The translations under genes and the position numbers were made by a program. Source: Heteronotia binoei (Eukaryota). From it: DNA of 64,000 nucleotides. The stretch lies in the NCBI RefSeq assembly GCF_032191835.1, contig NC_083223.1, forward strand, positions 34,534,001 through 34,598,000, in the 5' to 3' direction. Position 1 is the first letter of the stretch. Every line of letters begins with the position of its first letter. The notes beneath the pieces were generated by a model. That model searched no databases. It was not told the origin of the DNA and saw nothing but the letters and a program-made list of their open reading frames with translations. This document shows, in pieces, positions 10,562 through 22,102 of the stretch.

Positions 10562-11538
10562 ATGGCTGAAAAGATACCAGAAGGCGGTGAGCTTCCCAAC
10601 ACTGAAGAAGGGCCGTCTATTCCGTGGCACATCTTGGACGCCCGGAGAGTAGCAGCCTCCCCTCCGCAGATCCAGCAGCTCCTTGTTACCCCAAGGCCGT
10701 GGCAGCCCTGGACCTCCACCAGCACAATGGACGAGGCCCCGGCTAGGAGGGAGGCCATCCTGACCAGGCATATGCGAAGGATGCGGATGGCGAACGCGGA
10801 GGGGCCCAATCCAGGGCCAATGGAGCCGGAGGAGATCGACACTATCATCCCAGTGCATGAAGAGTGCCCAGAGCCAGACGAGGGAGAGCTGGGGGCAGCG
10901 GCTCCAAAAGACGAGGAGGACGAGACGGCCTGAGAATTTCGAGCGATGGTCCGCAAGGAAGTGGAGATTGTGGTCAGGGGCCTGAAAGCGGAGATGCAGA
11001 CCATGACCAACCGCATGGCGGGAGAGATTACCCGAGAAATCTTTCGCTCTCTAGGGCTGCCCGGACCCAGAAGGATCCCCCAACCTCCACCGATCTAGCT
11101 GCACTGGCAGTGGCCCCGGCTGCAGCGCCCCGGCCGGCAGCACCCCCTCCTGCCCCTCGAGACGGAGGGAGAGGAAGGGAGCTCGATGCCACATTTGATG
11201 GGGATCCGGATGAAGTAGAGTACTTCACGATCCAGGCAAACAGCTACATGCATTACTGGGGGAATACATTCCCTGATGAATTTAGCCAATTGGACTACCT
11301 GGGGTCGAAGCTTGAAGGGGCGGCTAAAAGGTGGTACGTGAGCCTGTACGAAGCCGTGAGCCTGGAACTGGACTATGTAGCAACGTTCCTTCAGGCTGTG
11401 TTGGCCCAGTACGAAGACCCCCTCCAAGAGACCCGGGCCCTGGCGGCACTGCGAGACATGCAGCAGGGGCAGAAGACAATCCGGGAATATGCCGCAGACT
11501 TCCGAGCTAACGTGGCTAAGGTTCGAGGATGTTCATGA
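10562..11538 (+). pseudogene. Gypsy gag (capsid domain) with one premature stop, one frameshift and a truncated 3' end
   Basis: ORF 10562..10933 stops at TGA, and the same frame continues EFRAMVRKEVE. ORF 10864..11538 carries FDGDPDEVEYF...LEGAAKRWY...QQGQKTIREYAADFR, typical of Ty3/RTL capsid. Confidence 0.9.
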
Positions 11539-13937
11539 GCTTCATAAACAATGTGTTGCAAAAGTTTTTGTTTAAGGGGGTGGTGGTCTACCTGGATGAC
11601 ATCATTATTTACTCGCAAGACGAGCAATCTCATATGAAATTGGTGTGGGAGGTGCTAAGCACATTCTTGAGTCATAAATTGTATGCTAAGCTATCAAAAT
11701 GTGAATTTCATAAGACAGAGCTGGATTACTTGGGTTTCCGAGTATCCGCTAGGGGGTTGGCAATGGACCTGGCAAAAATGCAAGCCGTGTTGGATTGGGC
11801 TCCCCCGAGGACACGTAGACAGCTCCAATCGTTCCTCGGGTTCGCAAATTTCTACAGGACGTTCATACCGGGGTTCGCCCAGATCATGCTCCCCCTGACT
11901 GAGTTGTTAAAAACCAAAAGGAAAGGCCCGGAGGCAAAGCAGCCGGGAGCACGTTTGAATTGGACGACAAATTGCCAGTCGGCATTTGATAAATTGAAGC
12001 GGCTATTCACGAGTGAGCCGGTCCTGAGCCACCCCAAAGAGCTTAAGCCCTTCGTGGTGCAATGCGACACCTCCGATGTAGCCGTTGGAGCCATTCTCAT
12101 GCAGAAAGATGAGGAAGGGAAACTGAGGCTCTGCGCCTATATCTCGAAAAAAATTGTGGTGGAACAAAGGAACTGGTTGGTGTGGGACAAGGAGGCGTTT
12201 GCAGTGATATTTGCTCTGAAAACGTGGCAGTCTTGGTTAGAGGGGGCAAAAGTGCTGTTTGAAATATGGACAGACCACAAAAACCTTGAAGCCCTCACAG
12301 GGAAGAGGAAGCTGAGTGAAAAACAGATCAGGTGGGCAGGGTTCTTTTCTAAATTCGATTTTGTGCTCAAGCACATCCCGGGCACGAAAAACTTTCTAGC
12401 TGATGCGCTTTCCCGCCTTCCCCAACACAATAGTCAGAGAGAGGAGAGAGTGGACTCCTTGATTCCGCCCACCCAGGTGGCCGCGGTTGTAACCACCCAG
12501 TCACAAAACAAACGCCAACTACAGGGGTGGGGGACAGAGAGAATGGCGGCAGAAATCGAGAAGGAGGGGAAAGAACGGCCAGGGGAAATTCAGAAACGGG
12601 AGGATGGGCTATGGTATAAGGGAGAAAAGCTATACGTACCCAAGACCATGAGATTAGAAGTGCTACAGTTCTGCCATTCCAACAAACTGGCTGGGCACTT
12701 TGGGTACGTCAAAACCCTGCATTTGGTTAACAGACAATTTTGGTGGCCCTCCATGAAAAAGGATATATCCGAGTTTGTGTCCACTTGTCCTATTTGCATA
12801 ATGGCCAAAAGAAGGGGAGGAAAACCCCCTGGATTACTCAGACCACTGGAGACCGCCTCTAAGCCTTGGTCAATAGTCTCCATGGACTTCATTGTGGAGC
12901 TACCGCCCTCTCATGGCAAAACAGTAATATTGGTGGTAGTGGACACTTTTTCCAAACAAGCCCACTTCATTCCCTGCGCCCAGCTCCCCACTGCCAAGAA
13001 ATTGGCTTACTTGTTCTTCAACCATGTAGCCAAACTACACTCAACCCCAGATAAGGTGATTAGCGACCGCGACCCGCAATTTGTTGCCAACTTCTGGTGG
13101 GAGTTTTGCAAACTAATGGGCATGGAGCAGGGGTTGAGTTCCGCCTACCACCCGCAGACGGACGGACAGACGGAACGCGTGAATGGATTAATAGAGCAGT
13201 ATTTAAGGTGTTACATCAACCATCAACAATCCAATTGGGTAGATCTCCTCCCTTTCGCCGAGTACTTCTATAATAATAACGTCCACAGCTCCACTAAAGC
13301 CTCACCAGTTCAAACGGTGAGTGGATATGTGGGAAAACCCCTCCCTTTGCTCCCAGGAGGGGGCGCAAAGAAGGAGCCAAGCCCGTTCAATCAGTGGTGG
13401 GACACACTGAATAAAAGTTAGAAGGAAATACAGGAGACTCTAGAAGCAGCCAGAGAAGCTTACAAAAAACAATATGACAAAAGCCATGTCCCCACTTGGG
13501 ATTTCAAAGTAGAGGACTCGGTATTTGTGTCCACAAAAAACCTTCCACTCAATCAACCGTCCAAAAAATTGGCATAAAAGCACCTGGGGTCTTTTAAGAT
13601 CAAAAGGGTGATAAATAAAGTTACAGTAGAGCTGGAGTTACCAAAAATGTTTAGTAAAGTACACCCTGTCTTTCATTGCAGTCTTCTTCGGAAGGACCCT
13701 GGGTGTTCCCCTTGGCCGGAAGCACCTCAACCTATCCAGATGAGGAACCAGGGTCACCATGAGATCCAGGAAATTCTGGACTCAAAGATTAAACATGGGA
13801 AGCTGTACTATCTAATCAAATGGAAGCATTTCCCTCCTAGTGAAAATGAGTGGGTAGCAGAAAAAGATGTGTTAGCCCCTGATCTGATTAAGAAGTTTCT
13901 AATTAAGCACCCTCAGAGACCGAGAGGGTCAGCTTAA
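11529..13937 (+). pseudogene. Gypsy pol remnant: C-terminal half of RT, RNase H, integrase, GPY/F module and chromodomain; premature stops
   Basis: YLDD; RNase H segment CDTSDVAVGAIL...WTDHKNL; integrase HHCC (HSNKLAGH...CPIC) and DDE (SMDF, DRDPQF, QTERVN). Stops at 13419-13421 and about 13575. ORF 13608..13937 has VHPVFHCSLL and EILDSK...YYLIKWKHFPPSENEW. Confidence 0.95.
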
Positions 13938-13948
13938 GGGGGGCAGTA
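13936..13948 (+). promoter_or_regulatory. Polypurine tract
   Basis: AAGGGGGGCAGTA immediately before the 3' LTR. Confidence 0.85.
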
Positions 13949-14441
13949 TGTCAAGATCGACTGATTATGACTAAAGACTGGGGGATCTTGGCTCAAGTAT
14001 CAGGCCTGGTTAAAATCATAATGGATCCACTGCTGCTAATGTTCTACCCTTAGTTGCTTCCCTTCCCCCCTTTTATTATTTTGATTTGCAACTGTGTGAA
14101 AGAAATAGTCGGCGCCTTCTCAGGGCCTGAGGTGGGAGTAATCCTTGAATGATAATGCAAGGACAGGAGGCCAGCTATCACCTGAGAAAGTATCTAGTAG
14201 TTATGTGTGAATGTTTCCTCCTGAACCCCCCCCCCCCGGTAGGAATGTTTTTGAAATGTATCTTAAAACCCATGTATCAATGTATTGGTTTCAGTCTTAG
14301 CAAGCTAGAGGCTTGCACCAGAGTACTGGTTATCAATAAATGTAGTCTTAGTATCAACCGGTTATCAACCAGAGTACCGGTTATCAATAAATGTAGTCTT
14401 AGTATCAACTTTGACTCATTCTTGAATCCCCTGACTTGACA
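13949..14441 (+). repeat. 3' LTR (493 bp, with an internal duplication of the polyA-signal region)
   Basis: Direct repeat of the 5' LTR with an extra tandem copy of ACCAGAGTACCGGTTATCAATAAATGTAGTCTTAGTATCAAC. Confidence 0.95.
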
Positions 14442-15050
14442 AGTGGGTCTTAATTACTTCCATGTGGAAGTGTTGGCCATATGCATTGCATATGAGACAC
14501 AATGGGAATTGAACACACGGACACAGTTAAGTTCAAACAACCAATTTTTATTAAAATGTTGAGCATGAGGTGCATATAGATCAGCTCAAAGTGGCTTAGG
14601 CGCTTTAAAAAAGTTTGACTATCATAGAGTTTCTTTAAAACTTCCTTAAAATGGAAAATGTCAACCATTTGGTTATATTGCATAAAGAAAATGTGGACTT
14701 TTTTGTTAGTAGGTGCCTATAAAGAGATATACATTTAAACCAGCTATACAGTGGCTATAGTATAGTGGTCATGTCACGTGGTACTAAATCTGAAGATGGC
14801 TATTGTGGGAAACGGAAGATGGGGATGAATAGCCAAGCTTTTGCAAGCCGGAAAAATCAAATCTAGCAACTTCACTTTAGCCAGAATAAATTTACTTTAT
14901 TTTATGTCTTCTATCTTGCTTTATAGCTCAAGGTGCTCTCAAGGCAGCTTACAAATAATTTAAAAGTTTCATCTTTGTGGAGCTTTGTTGATAGCTGAAA
15001 GCTTTGTGATTCAAATCCACCTGGGAACATGGATGATCTCTCATGGATTT

Positions 15051-15724
15051 CGGGGGGTCATTTAGTAGAAAAAGAGGTGCCAGAACTCATTAGTACAACT
15101 CATTTGCATATGCCACACACCCCTGAAATCATTGGAAGGTGTACTAAATGATGTACTAAATGTGTACTAAATGATGTTAGCTCAGCATCTACCTTAAAAT
15201 GCTTCTTGAATTATAATTGTCATAATACAACTTTGTTAAATTACTTTCTTCCGGTACTTTTTTGGTAGAAAAATTCCAGCAGGAACTCATTTGCCAATTA
15301 GGCCATACCACCCCCCCCCCCCGACATCACCATTGTTTCACACAGGGCTTTTCTGTAGAAAAAGCCTAGCATGACCACATTTGCATATTAGGGCACACTC
15401 CTGATGCCAAGCCAACTGGAACTGGTTCCTGCGTGTTCCTGCTCAGAAAAAGCCCTGCTTGCTCCTATTTGGCTACAGTGGCGTGACGGAAATTTCCATC
15501 TGTCTGCTTTATATGTTTTGGTTATTTCCCCATTTTTTGGTTGGGAAAGTATTAGAAAGTTTGTCAACTCTTAGAGTTCAGCAAAATTCTCACAGGGGGT
15601 TTGAACAATGGAGCCAGAATCAAATATTTGGGGCGGGGGGGGGGGAGTAAAAAAGAAAGAGCACAATAAAATTTAGAGGTTCCAGAGTTCCACTCCTGTG
15701 AGTTCCTGCCCAAAACGATGCCTG
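15051..15724 (+). mobile_element. hAT MITE (same family as 6170-6631) with a nested CAGGGCTTTT-type hAT MITE at about 15252-15456
   Basis: Homologous to the reverse complement of 6170-6631. Degenerate TSD resembling TGGATT-C. The nested element ends AAAAGCCCTG. Confidence 0.75.
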
Positions 15725-15861
15725 TGGATTACCTTTTACAGTATCAAGTATAGTAAGAGAGGACATGATACAGTAATCTTGCTGAATCTAAGCAGGGCTG
15801 CTTGTGGTCTGTTTGTAGATGTGGAACTACTTGGGAATCCTATGTATGCTGTCTTTAGTTC

Positions 15862-16080
15862 CATGATGGAAGAGCCAGCATGGGGTAGTGGTTAGTGTGT
15901 GAGACTAGGACGTGGGAGATTCAGGTTTGGATTCCTGTTCTGTCATGAAAGCTCTCTGGGTATCTTTCTCCCTTAATCTAACCTTCCTCATTGGGTGATT
16001 GTTGTGATAAAATGGAGAAGCAGAAAATGATGTTGTATGCTATGCTTGGTCGCTATGAGGGAGAAAAGTTGGATATAAAT
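15862..16080 (+). mobile_element. Old tRNA-derived SINE (Squam3-like)
   Basis: Head AGAGCCAGCATGGGGTAGTGGTTAG...CAGGTTTGGATTCC and an L2-type tail ending GGATATAAATAA. Confidence 0.6.
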
Positions 16081-16547
16081 AATTTTTAAAAATGTAATAA
16101 AAATGATCATACAATACAATGAAAACAGTCTCCAAAATCCATCCAAACAGAAAAAAGTGGCATCCTAAGACTTTCTTGGAAGTAAGGCCCATTGAATAGA
16201 CCTTAGTAGGATTCCAAGTAGGCCTGCATAGGATTGCACCCAAATACACTCAAAACTGTCAGCAGTACACCTTAGACATATTTCCCAGTCTTTTAGATAA
16301 GTAGTATGAAATGAAACTGGTGGTCTCCCTTAGGGAGTAAATGCTACACAAGGAGGTAATCCTTTGGATTCATGCAAATGTCATTGATATCTTGACATTA
16401 TAAACTGATCAAATGTATCTGATTCAATTATTTGATTCCATATGAAGCTGCCTCCTGCTGAGTGAGTCTATTAGTTTCTAAAGGTCAGCACTATCTTTCA
16501 TGTTACCCACTATTGGTTTTTTTTAAAGTGAAGAAAGTGGAGAAAGG

Positions 16548-16695
16548 ATGGCTCAGTAGTAGGACATCTGCTTGGCATGCAGAAGGCCCTGGGTTTGATC
16601 CTCAGCATCTCCAGTTAAAAGAATCAGGTAGGATGTGGTAAGAAAAACATCTCTCTGCCTGAGACCTCAGAGAGCCACTGCCAGTCTGAATAGAC
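16548..16695 (+). mobile_element. tRNA-derived SINE (Squam2-like), 3' end cut by a MITE
   Basis: GGCTCAGTAGTAGGACATCTGCTTGGCATGCAGAAGGCCCTGGGTTTGATCC has A- and B-box-like motifs. Confidence 0.7.
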
Positions 16696-17341
16696 CAGAG
16701 GTGTCAAACGTGCGGCCCGAGGGCTGGATCAGGCCCCCAGAGAGCTCCTATCAGGCCCTCAAGCAACTCACTGTCATCTGCTTCCTTCTCTCTCTCTTGC
16801 TTCCTTCTGCATCACAGGCTGCTTTGCCAGGCTTGCTCAATCACACAGGAGCTTCAGAACAAAGCATCTATTTTCTCCATTGGCTGACCAGCACATGAAG
16901 CAGTTTACGCACAAAAGCTCACAATACCCAGCTATTTCATGTTTTCCCCTGGGTCTTAGGCTCAAAGCATTGACTGTGAGATTTCTGTAACAAATATCAA
17001 AAAATCAAAAGTAGGTCTGCAACTTACTGATACACACCTGAACAACACCTGAACTGTCTACTCAAGATGGCTATAGCTCAGGCATTGCCTCCAGATTTTG
17101 ATGCAATAATTCAGAGCAAGAGATGTCAGTTATCCGAAACTGTTAAATAACATATTGCAAAAGTGCTAATCTTTTAAGTATGTTTTAAGTTTTTTTTTAA
17201 AAAAAACTTTGTCTTTGTGTCCTTTATAAAGTTTACATATCTACTACTTGGCATTACATTTTATGACACAAAAGGCCCAGTCTGACAAGGTCTCATTTAT
17301 GTCAGATCTGGCCCTTATAACACATGAGTTCAATGCCCCTG
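16696..17341 (+). mobile_element. hAT-Charlie-like non-autonomous element
   Basis: TIRs CAGAGGTGTCAAAC / GTTCAATGCCCCTG. The TSD is not conserved. Confidence 0.7.
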
Positions 17342-17476
17342 ATCTAATAAGTACTGTTGGGATAGTTCTCCCCATTTTGGAGAAACGAGGCTAGTCACTG
17401 CAAGACCAGTCCCCATATCCCCACATTGCCGAAGTGGTGGGTCAACATGTATTGATGCTGCTGACAGATCTGGAAG

Positions 17477-18695
17477 CAGGGCCGTAGCCAGGATTTTAAG
17501 GGGCCTTTTAAGGGGCCCAAAGACATTATTTTTGTTTTGGGGGAGGCCAGGGGGCTGCCTGAGGTGAGCCCAGCTGCAACCAGAGGCTACAACGCTGGTG
17601 CAAAAGGCAAGGAGAAGAGCACAAGAAACAGAGACTTCTTTCCACCTCTTCTGGAATCACACAGTCCCCCAGTCCCTGCACCAGACAACACCAGGCAGCT
17701 GAGGAGTGTGGGGGCGTGGGGGGTTGCTAGATATCTGCAGAGGACAGTGCCAGCTGCTTCCCCCTGGGCTCCTGGTGAATTGCTAGATGGCTCAGAAAGC
17801 TTGGCTGGGCAAAGAACAGTACAGGATGTGGGGCGGGAGCTGTCCAAAGCCAGTCCTTTTGAGTGGGTACTGACTTACCCCAGGTGAGTACTCATCAGAA
17901 GGGAGAGCCCAGCAATCAGAGAAAGAGGAGGAAGTCCCTGCTCGAATAGGCTGGGGTTCAATGAGTGGGGGGAGGCAGGGTCTCCTTGGCCAGGATTGGC
18001 AAGGAGTGCCCCCTTGGAAAAAATTAGCTGTACTCTGCCCTTTCTGCCCTGGTTTGAACTTGGTGTGCTGCTACCATCCCTCACCCAGGACTACTTTCAT
18101 GGGTTGAGAAGGATGTTGCAAAGAAGCCAATTGGCTGCCACCCCCCCCCACCACCCATGCAGACCCGAGGGGTGGCAAGAGAAAGCAGCTGGAGCAGCTC
18201 AGTCCCAGCCCTGCCTGACTCTTCAATGAGAGGGCATATGAAGGATCTGGGTCAGGAGGAAGCCAAATGGTGGTGGTGGGGAGAAAGGGCACAAAGAGAA
18301 GGCCAGGGGGTGGAGGCCATATTGGCAGGGGGGGATGTTGGAGCAGGAAAGATGACAAGGAGCAGAGAGTAAGGCGCAGTGGAGGAGAAGAGAGGAAGCG
18401 ATGGGGAGGGTGAGTCAGAGGTAATGGGTGGACAACGTGGGAAGGAAACTCGATGAGGGCACCGCAAATCCACTTCAGTCCCCAGGATGGGCAGCCTCTT
18501 CTTCTTCTCACAATGTGCTCCGCTGGCAGCAGCAGCTCTCTTTGCCGATCCCTCCCCCACCGTTGAGCCCCCTGTGGTTGGGGCTGCTGCTATTCCAGGC
18601 AGTGGGCCTGGGGCATCCTTCGATGCATGCCTCCCTCCCCCTGCCATTGCCTGACTTGGAGGGAAGCTATGCCTTAGCCCCCATCCTGGCTCTGT
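17477..18695 (+). mobile_element. Probable hAT (CAGGGCC-type) non-autonomous element with a damaged right end
   Basis: Starts CAGGGCCGTAGCCAGG. A partial inverted match CCCCCATCCTGGCT lies at about 18677-18690, next to an L2 fragment. Confidence 0.4.
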
Positions 18696-20150
18696 AGGAT
18701 CCCAATTGGGGCATCCAATCAGGAAGCCACCTGCTCAGCATTCCTCAGTGGCAGAAAGGAGACTGGCAGCCATGGAGGTGCCTTCAGTGGAGGGGCCATG
18801 CAGTTGGAAGGGGGGATTGGAAGGATGGGCCTGTCTAGAAGTATTAGCAGTGCTGATCCATGAGCAGGGTGAAAGCTGGACCCAAAGAGGTACAAGTGGC
18901 TTCCAGTTCTCTTATTGTATCAAGTGTGGCTGGAAGGTTGTGGTGTAGCAATAAGACTTTGTCTGCAAAATGTCTTGCAAGTGCTTCACAGCCTATTTCC
19001 AATCCCCTACTATTTGGCATATCCTGAGGCGAAGTAGTTAAAGATTGGATTTTTCTAAACAACTGGGCCAGGTGAGAGCTGCAGATGCTGTGGAGGCTGC
19101 AGTGCTGCCTTCACTGCCATCTCATAGGTCTTCATAAATGATCTATAGGAAGTTTGTGTTGCTTTGTTACAGGCTTGTCACTACCTTCTCTCTAGCCGTC
19201 TAAGCTCCTTTTTCATCCTCCTTGGCTCTGGGGAATACCATGGAGCCATTTTGGTACAAGGGTGAAGAGGACACCCGGGAGCAATCTTATGGATGGTTTA
19301 AAAAAAAATAGCTCTGCCAGTCTTCCACTAGCTCATCTAATGAGTTGCCAGGGGGAAGCAGATCCCATAGAGCTTCTTGGAACATACTTTGGTCTATTAG
19401 GCTCCCTGGGCAAGCATAAATCTGCTTGCCACCGAAACAGGGAAGGTTAGAAGTATTCAGTTGGGCCTTCAGTGCAAGGCTGTCTGACCATGGCACCGCA
19501 TCAGCAGTAATATGGTCCACCTCTATCCCTGATGCAAAGATAAGGTCCAGTGTGTGGCCTGCTTGGTGGGTGGGGGATGAAACAAACTGGAAGAGTCCAA
19601 GTACTGCTATGGATGACAGTAGTTTCCTGGTCTGAGAGGAAGCTGCATCCTCACCATGGACACTGAAATCTCCCAAGATCTCCAGTTTGGGGTATTCCAA
19701 TGCCCAGCCAGATATGACCTCCAAGAGGCCTGGCAGGACATTTGCTGGTGTGCTAGGCATATGATACACCAGCCAAATGGCCAAACTCTCCTCAGCATTC
19801 CATACCCACACATTTAATGCTGGCAATCTTTATCTCAGGGAGTGCTCTGAAGGAGATAGCCTCCCAGATGAGTAACAACACCCCTCCCCCTGCCCATCAG
19901 TCCAAGACTGGAGAAGGACTGAGAAACCTTGGTGGGGGGTGGGGGGTGGAGTCGACTCAGAAAGACTGTTTTGCCTCCCTCACCCAGGTCTTGGTCACAC
20001 AAAGCCAGGTCTACTGCCTGCTCAACCAGATAATTCTGAAGAACAGAGGTCTTATTATTGATAGACCCGGCATTGCACAACACCAGTGTCGGAGAAGGGT
20101 GTAGTTTCCTATCCCCACAGCCAGCATCTTTCAAGATGGGACGAAGGTTG
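18690..20150 (-). mobile_element. L2 LINE ORF2 5' part (APE endonuclease and start of RT), decayed
   Basis: LVLCNAGSINNKT (APE N-terminus), ILGDFSVH, PTHQAGHTLDLIF, and CEALARHFADK across ORFs 19835..20134, 19287..19826 and 18844..19062. Confidence 0.85.
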
Positions 20151-20343
20151 TTCCCTGCAGAGTGTTGTCCTCAGTCAAGCAATATCTTTTGGTTGTCCTC
20201 AGCCCCAAGGATGTCCATCTAGCCAAACGAGGGCCAGGGCTCTTTCTGTCCTGGCCCCAACCTGGTGGAACAAGCTCCCTCTTGAGATTAGGGCCCTAAG
20301 AGAGTTGTTGCAATTCCACAGGGCCTGAAGGATGGAGTTGTTC

Positions 20344-20673
20344 TAGGGTTGCCAAGTCTTCCTCAAGCCCTGGTGGGGGACATTTGCATGTGCACAACGC
20401 ATGTGCACAACGAAATGATGTCTCCTGGATATGACATCATCAAAATGGCGGTACGCACCAGGCTGCTCTAGGCATTTCTGGGAAAACTCTATAGTTTTTC
20501 CAGATGCTCTAGTCATTTGAGAGGTTAAAACTCTATGGTACCTATTGTACCATAGAGTTTTACCTCCAAAATGGCTAGAGCGGCCCTGCGTGTGTGCCAC
20601 CAATGTGGGCTGGCGGGATGAGAACCTCTGGGGTGGGGGATTCCCCACCTAGACCGGGCGCTTGGCAACCCTA
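20344..20673 (+). mobile_element. hAT Blackjack-like MITE
   Basis: TIRs TAGGGTTGCCAAG / CTTGGCAACCCTA. TSD AGTTGTTC / AGCTGTTC (7 of 8 match). Confidence 0.85.
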
Positions 20674-20772
20674 AGCTGTTCTGCTGGGCTTTTGAATGAG
20701 GCAGCAGACTTCCAAATCCACCTTGACCTCCCCTGCTGACAATTAGCTGCTGAGCTAATTTATCCTGATTGT

Positions 20773-21206
20773 TAGGGTTGCCAAGTCCTCTTCATCCCCC
20801 AGCAGTGGACAGTCGTCTGCACGCCACACGGCGAAATGACGTCGCCCGGACATGACGTCATCAAAGTGGCAGTGCCCTGTGCGGGGCTGTTCTAGGCGTT
20901 TCTGGGAAAACTCTATGGTTTTCCCAGATGCTCTAGTCAGGCAGGTTAAAACTCTATGGCACCTATTGCACCATAGAGTTTTACCTCCCAAATGGCTAGA
21001 GCGTCCAGGAAAACCATAGAGTTTTCCTGGAAATGCCTAGAGCGGCCCCACATGGGCACCACCATTTTGATGATGTCACTTCTGAGTGACGTCATCATGC
21101 CAGTGACGTGGAGGGAGGTTCTCTCCGCCATCCCAATGTGGGCTAGCGGGTTGAGAACCTCCTGGGCGGGAGATTCCCCACCTGGATTAAGGGGTTGGCA
21201 GCCCTA
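20773..21206 (+). mobile_element. hAT Blackjack-like MITE
   Basis: TIRs TAGGGTTGCCAA / TTGGCAGCCCTA. TSD CTGATTGT / CTGACTGT (7 of 8 match). Confidence 0.85.
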
Positions 21207-21703
21207 CTGACTGTATACTGTTTGTGTTTTATTGAAACAAGGTTCTAACTATTTAGATCTTTATTGTTATTTTATGACCTGTAATCTGCCTTGAGCCCGC
21301 TTGTGGGGAGGGCAGAATAAAAACGGAAATAAATAAATAAATTTATACAAACGGGCAGAAGTCATGGAGGAGACTGCATCTTTGAGCTACCTGCTTCTGT
21401 CTATCCAGGCGGTTATTCCAATGTAGTAATAATTCAATTTGTAGACGAGAGGTGGCAGTTTCCACCAACTCTCCCCTTCCACTACAGACTCCACCCCTTT
21501 TGCCTATAGTGCAGTTCTTGAGAGTCCATTGATACCCCCCCCCCCCAAAAAAAAAACCCCACAAAATTTTGGAGGCTCAGTGGATGGCAGGAGGAGTGGA
21601 ATCAGGAAAGTCCTACTTTGGAAAGTCTGTGGGTGGTTGGATGCATACCATGTGCTTCTTTAGGGAAACCTGCTTCAACCAAGCCTCCCTCTCTCCTTCC
21701 CTC

Positions 21704-21974
21704 CCAGTTTGGTGTAGTGATTAAGTGCGCAGATTCTTATCTGGGAGAAATGGGTTTGATTCCCCACTCCTCCACTTGCAGCTGCTGGAATGGCCTTGGG
21801 TCAGCCATAGCTCTTGTAGGAGTTGTCCTTGAAAGGGCAGCTGCTGTAAGAGCTCTCTCAGCCCCAACTACCTCACAGGGTGTCTGTTGTGGTAGGGGGA
21901 TGTAAAGAAGATTGTGACCACTCTGAGACTCTGAGATTCAGAGTATAGGGCAGGATATACATCCAATATCACCA
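21704..21974 (+). mobile_element. tRNA-derived SINE (Squam3-like)
   Basis: Head CCAGTTTGGTGTAGTGATTAAG...GGGTTTGATTCCCC. Closely similar to 38400-38678 and 38800-39077. Confidence 0.85.
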
Positions 21975-22102
21975 NNNNNNNNNNNNNNNNNNNNNNNNNN
22001 NNNNNNNNNNNNNNNNNNNNNNNNNNNNNNNNNNNNNNNNNNNNNNNNNNNNNNNNNNNNNNNNNNNNNNNNNNNNNNNNNNNNNNNNNNNNNNNNNNNN
22101 NN
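21975..22102. other. Assembly gap (N run)
   Basis: Run of N. Confidence 1.

Larger units (their letters stand above)
10074..14441 (+). mobile_element. Ty3/Gypsy chromovirus (Tf1/sushi group) LTR retrotransposon, internally deleted and non-functional
   Basis: Two TGTCAAG...CTTGACA LTRs, a 5-bp TSD AGTGG (10069-10073 and 14442-14446), gag, RT-RH-IN-chromodomain order, and a PPT. Confidence 0.97.
20190..21342 (+). mobile_element. L2 LINE 3' end interrupted by two MITEs
   Basis: RARALSVLAPTWWNKLPLEIRAL (L2 ORF2 C-terminus), then the 3' UTR GTAATCTGCCTTGAG...GGGCAGAAT and an (AAAT)n tail. Confidence 0.8.

Noticed and set aside
10562-11538. Domesticated gag gene of the PEG10/RTL type
   Set aside because: It has a stop and a frameshift, and it sits inside a provirus with LTRs and a TSD.
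10484-11633. Long antisense ORFs over gag, and similar ones over the RTE and Ngaro ORFs
   Set aside because: These are shadow frames of GC-rich coding sequence with no motifs of their own.
14457-14645. Minus-strand exon candidate next to the 3' LTR (EVLKKLYDSQTFLKR...)
   Set aside because: It is about 62 open codons in AT-rich DNA with only a moderate donor and no recognisable homology.
19287-19826. 179-aa ORF as a host endonuclease gene
   Set aside because: It is the APE domain of a decayed L2, colinear with other L2 fragments.
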